NCBI GenBank assembly: GCA_964426185.1
Contig: CAYRPF010000014.1
Span: 39,627-49,301 of the forward strand
DNA: 9,675 bases
Direction of reading: 5' to 3'
Origin: an uncultured archaeon
Lineage (GTDB): Archaea; Asgardarchaeota; Lokiarchaeia; Sigyniarchaeales; Promethearchaeaceae
Position numbers and translations under genes: made by a program. A model generated the notes under the pieces. It was not told the origin of the DNA and did not search any database. It saw only the letters and a list, made by a program, of their open reading frames with translations. Below are positions 1-6,417 of the stretch, in pieces. How positions within the stretch are numbered: position 1 is the first letter of the stretch; each line of letters starts with the position of its first letter.

Positions 1-154
1 ATAATCTGTTATAATCTCTTGCTTTATTTTGGGTAATTTTCCTAAAGTGAGTAGTTTAATACCCTTATTATAGTACTGGGCGCGCTTTTCCAGCGATTTC
101 ATATAAATATAAGACATTTTTTTTCTTCCAGTTTGTTGTATCTCTATTCTTTTA

Positions 155-916
155 TTAGTGTAATAAAGAGATAACCTTGGGTAATTCAGTTAGCGAATTT
201 ATTTCTATTGTAGGAGTGGGGCAAGATGGAGAAAGTTGTTCCGAATTCCGATTTATCCATACTGTTGGAATATTAAAATTGACTCCAGTGATTATATCTA
301 ACTCTGAATTACCAATATATGCCATTTCTTCTTTTTTTTGACCCGATTGTTCCAAAACAATTTCCATCGTTTTCGGGTTTGGCTTTCTTACCTCAAAATC
401 CCCTGAAAAATACATGTAATCGAAATATTTGGCTATTTGAAATTTCTCCATTAATGATCTACTAACAAAACCAGGGCTCTGCCATGGGGTATTCGACCAA
501 AGTCCCAAAATATTAGAATTTTTTCTAAGAAATTTTAGAGAATCCACCACATCTGGATAGATTTTCACGTATGGTTGCAGGCTTCTTTCGAATACTGAGA
601 TTATCCTATTTATCAATGAAGAAATTGGTTTGATGGAAAGATATGTCAAGATATCTTCAATCCTTGTTACCATGCTAAGTAATTTATTGGGGGGTTGTGC
701 AATTTTTTGATAAAATAATAGACGAAGTTCTTCTTCACTTATGTTTTTTAAATGTTTAGAAGAAGTATCTGATTTTACAAGCATAATCATTTCGGGAATG
801 ACTTCCCACTGCAAATGATCATGCCATCTACCCTCAAGATTAAAATCTAATAAAGTTTCGCCTAAATCAAATACTAAAAATTTCGCCATGTTTCCTAACT
901 CGTAAAATTCATCCAT
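155..916 (-). CDS. HAD-superfamily hydrolase (subfamily IA-like)
   Basis: Motif I-like LVFDLGETL, motif II LWSNT, motif III RKPNPK after FDYMYFSGDFEV, motif IV-like YIGNSELDI, and the typical C-terminal PTIEINSLTEL. The true start may be the ATG at 889 (MAKFLVFD). Confidence 0.88.
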   Translation of the reverse strand: MDEFYELGNMAKFLVFDLGETLLDFNLEGRWHDHLQWEVIPEMIMLVKSDTSSKHLKNISEEELRLLFYQKIAQPPNKLLSMVTRIEDILTYLSIKPISSLINRIISVFERSLQPYVKIYPDVVDSLKFLRKNSNILGLWSNTPWQSPGFVSRSLMEKFQIAKYFDYMYFSGDFEVRKPNPKTMEIVLEQSGQKKEEMAYIGNSELDIITGVNFNIPTVWINRNSEQLSPSCPTPTIEINSLTELPKVISLLH

Positions 917-1002
917 GATAAAAAGTGGACTCTAAATGATTGATATGCTTGCTTCAATTTAAGTGTATTAAGAATTATCATTAAATGCTTTAGTGAAAAA
1001 AT

Positions 1003-1533
1003 ATGTCATCAATTACTCATACAGTTATTGTCAATGGTGGATTTAGTTCCTTTTTAGAAACTTTCATAAATTTCCGAGGTTGGCTTCATGCTCTTCCCGT
1101 GTTGAATCAAATATTAGTTTTTATTGGATTGATTGCCTTAACTGTTGGAATCGCGGTGGTTCTATATTATATTATTCAGGGTGCCTTCAAATTAACCTTT
1201 GAAGTGTTAAAAGCTATCGTTCATATGATTAAAGGATTATTAGACGCATTTTATCGCCATGCAACAGCTCCCCGCCATCCACGAAATCCACAACATCATC
1301 GAAATTCGCTACCCGCTTCATCTCCTTATCTAAGAAAACCCGCAAGAAGGATTAATTCACATCACCTTCCTAAAGTTCCTCCAACAGTATCTGCTGCTCC
1401 GAAAAATAATTCTTCCTTGCATTGTCCTGAATGTGGAGAGATCTTTACCCCAGAAATGATACAAGTAATGAGCAAACAACACCAGGTTTTCTGTGAATTC
1501 TGTGGAAAAAATTTGGAATATATAATGAGTTGA
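1003..1533 (+). CDS. Hypothetical membrane protein with C-terminal Cys4 zinc ribbon
   Basis: Long hydrophobic segment (ILVFIGLIALTVGIAVVLYYII), a His/Pro/Arg-rich linker, then CPECG...CEFCG at the C-terminus. A T-rich tract follows the stop. Confidence 0.75.
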   Translation: MSSITHTVIVNGGFSSFLETFINFRGWLHALPVLNQILVFIGLIALTVGIAVVLYYIIQGAFKLTFEVLKAIVHMIKGLLDAFYRHATAPRHPRNPQHHRNSLPASSPYLRKPARRINSHHLPKVPPTVSAAPKNNSSLHCPECGEIFTPEMIQVMSKQHQVFCEFCGKNLEYIMS

Positions 1534-1613
1534 TCTGGTTCTCATTCTCAGAAATAAGAAATTAAACCAACCAAATCCCCTTTTTTCGCTTTATTTTTAG
1601 TTTCAATCTAATT

Positions 1614-3401
1614 TCATCTGATTTCGGCGGTAAATAAGCACATTTTCTTCTTCTTCTTATGATTCGATTGTGGATTTACTACTAAAGGATGATCAAAACT
1701 TCCAAAAATTTTCACAAAATGCTTTTTCTGAGAATTCGCGCGGATAAATTTTATTTTAAATTTGATTTGCGTATCGAATATTGAAGCATGAGGAATCTCG
1801 AGAAATTTGGCAGATAATCCCTTTTCGGGATAAATTTCTAAAGTGTAATTTGCTTGAGAAAAAATAATATCCGTGTGATTCTCTAAAATTACGGATAATT
1901 CCATTGCCGAATTCTCGGATATTTTTAAAATCGGATTGGGTGGCTGAATAATGCGAATGCCAATATTTTCAAAACAATTATACAAAGTAATGCTCAGATC
2001 TTCCACCAATGCGGGTATAATTGCTTCATTCATTATTTCTTGTGTTATAAAGTCAAACAACTCTTGCCATTGCCATTTATTCCATAATTGGATGCATATA
2101 TTGCACTTTTCTATTATCAAATTTGATGCAGCAAGGGGAATAGCGATATCTTCTAAGCGTATCGTAGCTTCGGATTTGATTAATCCGATTTTCAAAGTAA
2201 AATACAATGCCCACAAAGTAAATGTCCCGTAATCCCGTTTAGAAATTAAGTTGTATTGCTCAACGATATCGGGTTTGGAGTAGATAAAATTCAGTACATC
2301 CACCACCAACTGTGAATTAAGGGGTAATGGAATGTATTGGTTAATTAAAGTCACGAGATCGATACCCGAATTTTGTGTTAAATAATAAAGCATGCTCTTT
2401 ATTAGGTGAAATTGTCGAATGTAGGGTAATTTTTGATGGATAGAAATAAATGTTTCAATATATAAGATTGTTTGAGTTAAAATTGAAGCGGGCTGCTTAA
2501 TTAAATCCAACATAAGGTGGGAAATACGATCTTGGAGAATTTTTTCAAAGGATTGTGGCTTTTTATCGGATTGCCAACGGTTGAAATAATTATTAATAAA
2601 TCTTTGTTGATTATTACTCTGATTTAAATTACCGCTTTTGCCTTGAAGTTGACTCTGGCACATTGCCCAGAAAGTGGCTAAAATAACTTCTGCAGGTTCT
2701 TTTTCATCTAAATTCCAAAAGGCTAAAAATAGTTCTCTCCAAAATATAACCTTAAATTCCGATTTATCCACCAAAGAAGGATCGAAATGAAGAATATTTT
2801 CGCTCATCTCTGCCCCAAATCTGAGCTTGGTTGAAATTATAGAATTCTTTGCTAAAGAAACTGTTGGAATGCGGTGTAGGGGTTTACCCCATTTTTTCTG
2901 AAGACTTTCCACCTGTTTTTTAAAGCGTTTGTTCAATTCAATGGATTTAACATCGAATTGTGAATTTTGAGAAATCTTTGGTAATCGATAAAGGGTGATT
3001 GCTTTTCCATAGAGCTCTTTTTGAATTTTTTGGGTGTTTTCAAGCGTAGATGCCCCCAAAGATTGACCTTTGCCATCAATTAAATAAAATCGTAGTTCTT
3101 CTCCAAAATCCAACGAAATAAGAAATACTGTTTGATCTATTGCACGTATCATCACATTCGGAAGTATAGTACCTCGTTTAAACACCGTTTTGGGCTTCAT
3201 CTTCATTAATCGAATCTCACGTGGTTTTTTCAATTGATATTCTTCTTTCACAAACTGGATCATTTTTTTTTTCAAATTCAGTTCTTCATGATGCTTAAAT
3301 CCATCGGAACTTCTCGAATTAGAAAATTTTTTACCTTGTCGCTTTTTTTTCTTAGAAGAAGAATGTTTCTTTCGCAGTGAAGGCGGTCGCGAAGTGGGCA
3401 T
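1614..3401 (-). CDS. Large hypothetical protein (595 aa) with basic low-complexity N-terminus and probable beta-rich C-terminal domain
   Basis: A 1.8 kb uninterrupted ORF in AT-rich DNA, divergent from rpo7. No family recognised with confidence. Confidence 0.7.
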   Translation of the reverse strand: MPTSRPPSLRKKHSSSKKKKRQGKKFSNSRSSDGFKHHEELNLKKKMIQFVKEEYQLKKPREIRLMKMKPKTVFKRGTILPNVMIRAIDQTVFLISLDFGEELRFYLIDGKGQSLGASTLENTQKIQKELYGKAITLYRLPKISQNSQFDVKSIELNKRFKKQVESLQKKWGKPLHRIPTVSLAKNSIISTKLRFGAEMSENILHFDPSLVDKSEFKVIFWRELFLAFWNLDEKEPAEVILATFWAMCQSQLQGKSGNLNQSNNQQRFINNYFNRWQSDKKPQSFEKILQDRISHLMLDLIKQPASILTQTILYIETFISIHQKLPYIRQFHLIKSMLYYLTQNSGIDLVTLINQYIPLPLNSQLVVDVLNFIYSKPDIVEQYNLISKRDYGTFTLWALYFTLKIGLIKSEATIRLEDIAIPLAASNLIIEKCNICIQLWNKWQWQELFDFITQEIMNEAIIPALVEDLSITLYNCFENIGIRIIQPPNPILKISENSAMELSVILENHTDIIFSQANYTLEIYPEKGLSAKFLEIPHASIFDTQIKFKIKFIRANSQKKHFVKIFGSFDHPLVVNPQSNHKKKKKMCLFTAEIR

Positions 3402-3424
3402 AATTATTATACCTTAACATATGA

Positions 3425-3432
3425 TTATTAAA
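3425..3432 (-). promoter_or_regulatory. Putative TATA box for the 595-aa gene
   Basis: TTTAATAA on the - strand lies about 24-31 nt upstream of the ATG at 3401, the spacing expected for a leaderless or short-leader archaeal transcript. Weak evidence given the AT-rich background. Confidence 0.3.
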
Positions 3433-3525
3433 GAATGCGTTCTCTTATTTCTATTAAAAAGGAAAATTTTTTTAGAAATCCATGCCTATCTTTGTTGTTG
3501 GAAATCGATTTTAGGAGACTCTAAC

Positions 3526-4104
3526 TTGTATAAACAACTCACTCTAGAACATGTTGTCCGGATTCCACCCACTAAATTTGGGAAAAATATTGAAGATGCC
3601 GCATTTGAGATCCTCTCTGAACAATTCTCTGGACAAATATTTGAAGATATCGGATTTGTCATCGTGGTAGTTGATGTTCTCGAATTAGGGGATGGAAAAT
3701 TATTACATAATGATCCTTGTCCATATTTTCCCGTTAAATTCACGGTCTTGGCCTATACTCCCGAATTACATGAAATTGTCGAAGGTATTGTCATCGAATG
3801 TGTCGAATTCGGGGTTTTCATCCGATTAGGGCCATCTGACGGATTATGTCATGTTAGTCAAATCACTGATGATTACATTAACTATGATAATATGAGTCAA
3901 CGCTTTATCGGAAAGGAAACTAATAGAATATTGACGGTAGAAGATATGGTCAGAGGGCGAATAATTGCAGTATCCATGGGTTCTGGTCGTTCAGGTAAAT
4001 TGGGCTTGACCATGCGTCAACCATACTTAGGTAAAATTGAATGGATTTGGGAAGAAATCGAAAAAAGTGAGAATTATCAAGAATCCATTGAAGTGGAAGA
4101 CTAA
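3526..4104 (+). CDS. rpo7: DNA-directed RNA polymerase subunit Rpo7 (RpoE', Rpb7 homolog)
   Basis: (M)YKQLTLEHVVRIPP N-terminus, S1 domain EIVEGIVIECVEFGVFIRLGPSDGLCHVSQITDD, and LGLTMRQPYLGKIEW. Start moved from 3421 to TTG 3526, which follows SD AGGAG (3513-3517) and matches the family N-terminus. Confidence 0.97.
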   Translation: MYKQLTLEHVVRIPPTKFGKNIEDAAFEILSEQFSGQIFEDIGFVIVVVDVLELGDGKLLHNDPCPYFPVKFTVLAYTPELHEIVEGIVIECVEFGVFIRLGPSDGLCHVSQITDDYINYDNMSQRFIGKETNRILTVEDMVRGRIIAVSMGSGRSGKLGLTMRQPYLGKIEWIWEEIEKSENYQESIEVED

Positions 4105-4132
4105 AATTTTTTTCAGCAGGAGTTTGATAATC

Positions 4133-4321
4133 ATGGTAAAAGAAAGGGCGTGTAAAAATTGTCATTTAATTACTACCAAAGAATACTGTCCCAAGTGCAA
4201 AACTCACACTTTAAGTGAGGATTTCTCTGGAGCAGTTATAATTTTAGATCCAAAAAATTCTCAGATTGCTAAACGATTGAATTTTGATGTACCAGGTAAG
4301 TATGCGTTGCGGGTTAGGTAA
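4133..4321 (+). CDS. spt4: Transcription elongation factor Spt4 (RpoE'')
   Basis: RACKNC...CPKC zinc finger, LSEDFSGAVIILDPKNSQIAKRL...PGKYALRVR. Start moved to ATG 4133 after SD AGGAG (4118-4122). Canonical position after rpo7. Confidence 0.97.
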   Translation: MVKERACKNCHLITTKEYCPKCKTHTLSEDFSGAVIILDPKNSQIAKRLNFDVPGKYALRVR

Positions 4322-4425
4322 TATATCCTGTTCTTATAAGCTTATTTTTCGAATTTTTTAAAAATTAGATTTCCATATCCGATACCTTTTTGACATTGGT
4401 GTTTCTTTAGATACATGGTGGTCAT

Positions 4426-4755
4426 ATGGAGGATCATGTTACACGGTTTGTTTCGCATGAATATCGAAACAAAGAATTTGAAAAGATGGTCAAAAAAATA
4501 AGTGCTGAAGGGGGGATCAGCGTCGAGCTTACCAGAAAATTTACAAAAGAAGCCATGCATGAATGGGAGCAACAACAGCATCAAGATGTTTTAACATTAT
4601 TTACCGCTCAACCCCAAACGCTTAATTTTGAAATCTCGAAAATGCTGGAAAATTTACGGGATAAACTACGTCCTGTAATTATATCTAAGAAGCGAATTGA
4701 TCGAGCTGTAGAAATTGCGGCGAATTGCTTAGAAAACATGTATCATATTTTATAA
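4426..4755 (+). CDS. Hypothetical protein (109 aa, predicted helical)
   Basis: Co-oriented ORF filling the gap between spt4 and DUF359. GGTGGT lies just upstream and an oligo-T tract follows the stop. Amphipathic, charged composition; no motif recognised. Confidence 0.65.
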   Translation: MEDHVTRFVSHEYRNKEFEKMVKKISAEGGISVELTRKFTKEAMHEWEQQQHQDVLTLFTAQPQTLNFEISKMLENLRDKLRPVIISKKRIDRAVEIAANCLENMYHIL

Positions 4756-4765
4756 AAGCAAAGCC

Positions 4766-4784
4766 TTTTTTTTCTTATTTTTTT
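4766..4784 (+). terminator. Putative oligo-T terminator
   Basis: Two long T runs beginning about 10 nt after the stop at 4755, typical of archaeal intrinsic termination. Confidence 0.4.
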
Positions 4785-4797
4785 ACACTTCATATTG

Positions 4798-5376
4798 ATG
4801 TTATATCAACTTCCTACTGAATTACGCGGGCAATTAGCCCGTCCGTTGGGATGCCATTTCATCGGCAGTCCCGCGCAAACATTACCTCATTTGATAAAGT
4901 GGATCAACGCAAATATCTCCGAATTTAATCAAAACCCTCCCTTAGTAATTTCATGTGTGGGTGATATTATTAGCAATACTTTCGTGGAAAATGAGGTGCT
5001 GCTACATTTTGTAAAATATGCATTTATCGATGGGGGAACTCAACGTGATTCAGATATCGATATTCATTGTCCTGCTTCATTCCTTCAAATTTCTTATCAT
5101 AATCCCGCTGGATACATTAATGAGGAAATTTTTGAGTTTATAAAAAAAACCCAAGGTGATTCCAATCAATACTTGGTTTCCATAGAAGGTGAAGAAGATT
5201 TGCTGGTAATTCCTTTAATTTTGAATCTTTCAAAGGGTATGGTATTTTATGGTCAACCTCCAGTTACGGATTTGCAACCTCCAATTCCTGCGGGATGTGT
5301 AGGGCTTCTTATCACACCTCATCTTAAAACTCAAATCCAGCGCTTATTTGATCAATTTCATGTTATCTCCGAATAG
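4798..5376 (+). CDS. GTP-dependent dephospho-CoA kinase (DUF359 family)
   Basis: LPTELRGQLARPLG, VGDI, IDG.T.R, NPAGYI, IEGEEDLLVIP and VFYGQP motifs, plus the conserved position between spt4 and rps24e. Start is ATG 4798 or TTG 4795. Confidence 0.92.
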   Translation: MLYQLPTELRGQLARPLGCHFIGSPAQTLPHLIKWINANISEFNQNPPLVISCVGDIISNTFVENEVLLHFVKYAFIDGGTQRDSDIDIHCPASFLQISYHNPAGYINEEIFEFIKKTQGDSNQYLVSIEGEEDLLVIPLILNLSKGMVFYGQPPVTDLQPPIPAGCVGLLITPHLKTQIQRLFDQFHVISE

Positions 5377-5437
5377 TATAAAATATATTTAGCGCTAAAG
5401 CACAAATTTTTTTTTCAATGATGCATTTTCATGTTTG

Positions 5438-5500
5438 AGCTGAAAACGAAGGTCACCAGCAGAACCGATTTGAACTATCTGCAGGCCACCAGATTCAGTT
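5438..5500 (+). promoter_or_regulatory. Predicted leader hairpin with kink-turn motif upstream of rps24e
   Basis: Stem AGCUGAA (5438-5444) / UUCAGUU (5494-5500), 3-nt bulge AAC, tandem G.A/A.G (5448-49 with 5492-93), then GGU/ACC and GCAGA/UCUGC. It ends immediately before SD AGGTGA (5501-5506). Paired by eye. Confidence 0.5.
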
Positions 5501-5511
5501 AGGTGAAAAAA

Positions 5512-5856
5512 TTGGTAAATATCAACGTTTTAAATCAAAAATCTAATCCGCTACTCCACCGAACCGAAATTGAGTTCGAAATTGAACACTTAGGAGCGGG
5601 TTCTCCGAATCGTTTAGAGGTTCGGGAAAAATTGGCTGCAATGATGACTGCTAAAAGCGAGTTAACCTTTGTTCGGATTATGAAACCTCGATTTGGCATC
5701 CCTCAAGTACATGGTATCGCTCATGTTTATGATGATGAAGCGACGGCGGAAAAACTTGAACCAACTTATATTAAAATTCGAAACATGCCGAAAGAAGAAC
5801 GGAATGATGCATGGAAGGCTGAAAAAGCCAAGAAAAAGAGGAAAAAGAAGAAATAA
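5512..5856 (+). CDS. rps24e: 30S ribosomal protein S24e (eS24)
   Basis: NPLLHRTEIEFEIEH.G.GSPNR.EVREKLA...FG...VHGIAHVYD...EP.YIKIRN with a Lys-rich tail. The GTG at 5503 is part of SD AGGTGA (5501-5506), so TTG 5512 is the likely start. Confidence 0.96.
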   Translation: MVNINVLNQKSNPLLHRTEIEFEIEHLGAGSPNRLEVREKLAAMMTAKSELTFVRIMKPRFGIPQVHGIAHVYDDEATAEKLEPTYIKIRNMPKEERNDAWKAEKAKKKRKKKK

Positions 5857-5872
5857 AAGGTGAAATCAAAAA

Positions 5873-6325
5873 ATGAGTGAAAATAACCTGGAAGCCATGC
5901 AAGAAATTTACAACTCGGGTTCAATTACCACCTACCGTGTGCATAAAGAAGCCAAAATTGAAGATTTACTTCAAGAATTAAATTTAGAAAACAAATATTT
6001 TGTTGTATTAGTTAACGGAAAGAAAGCTACTCCTGATTCAACCATTGCAAAAGATGCCGAAATTACAATTCTCCCCCGAATTGCTGGAGGCGGACGCGGT
6101 CGACGGAATGTAAAAACCAAAGAAAAGCGCCAAAAACCCCCTCGCAATAAAAATAAAGGACCAATGTGGAGTGTGGAAGGGGATAAGGTCATTCGAAATC
6201 GAAAAAGCTGTCCAAAATGTGGACCAGGTGTCTTTATGGCGGATCACTACGATCGGCACACTTGTGGCAAATGTGGATTTACCCAATTTAAGCGTGTCAA
6301 TCGGAAAATTCCAGCGAAAAAGTAA
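5873..6325 (+). CDS. rps27ae: Ubiquitin-like (ThiS/MoaD/SAMP-type) domain fused to 30S ribosomal protein S27ae (eS31)
   Basis: aa 1-73 show a beta-grasp pattern, [20 protein letters not shown]....DSTI...[12 protein letters not shown]. aa 74-150 are a basic tail plus [39 protein letters not shown] (eS31 Cys4 finger). SD AGGTGA at 5858-5863, no internal stop, canonical position after rps24e. Confidence 0.95.
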   Translation: MSENNLEAMQEIYNSGSITTYRVHKEAKIEDLLQELNLENKYFVVLVNGKKATPDSTIAKDAEITILPRIAGGGRGRRNVKTKEKRQKPPRNKNKGPMWSVEGDKVIRNRKSCPKCGPGVFMADHYDRHTCGKCGFTQFKRVNRKIPAKK

Positions 6326-6350
6326 AAATCTCTATAACTTAACTTTGGAG

Positions 6351-6397
6351 ATTATTTTTTCAATTTTCCACTTTGTTTTATTTTTCATTCTTCTTAT
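6351..6397 (+). terminator. Putative oligo-T terminator region after rps27ae
   Basis: Several consecutive T tracts between the stop at 6325 and the kae1 SD. Confidence 0.4.
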
Positions 6398-6417
6398 TAG
6401 AATGATGGGTGCTCCTT

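Noticed and set aside
70-100. Short GC-rich patch CTGGGCGCGCTTTTCCAG next to a TATA-like TTTATAT on the - strand
   Set aside because: It could be a promoter or small hairpin for a gene outside the window, but it is too short to support and has no tRNA features.
3421-3525. N-terminal extension of Rpo7 in the ORF track
   Set aside because: It reads as intergenic sequence; the SD and family N-terminus point to TTG 3526.
4037-4132. N-terminal extension of Spt4 overlapping rpo7
   Set aside because: SD AGGAG with ATG 4133 gives the normal 62-aa protein.
5418-5443. Box C-like ATGATGC and box D-like CTGA suggesting a C/D sRNA
   Set aside because: Box C is imperfect and no convincing C'/D pair follows.
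5500-5502. Pyrrolysine or amber readthrough extending eS24
   Set aside because: eS24 is complete without the upstream peptide, the TAG overlaps the SD, and no pyl genes are in view.
5873-6091. Calling the N-terminal domain canonical ubiquitin
   Set aside because: It lacks ubiquitin hallmarks such as QRLIF.GK.L and LRLRGG; the pattern is ThiS/MoaD/SAMP-like.
6155-6325. Stand-alone rps27ae starting at internal ATG 6164 (MWSVEGDK...) after AAAGGA
   Set aside because: The SD spacing is only 3 nt and the upstream frame is open, with its own good SD and a recognisable Ubl, so the fusion is the better model. A minor internal start cannot be excluded.
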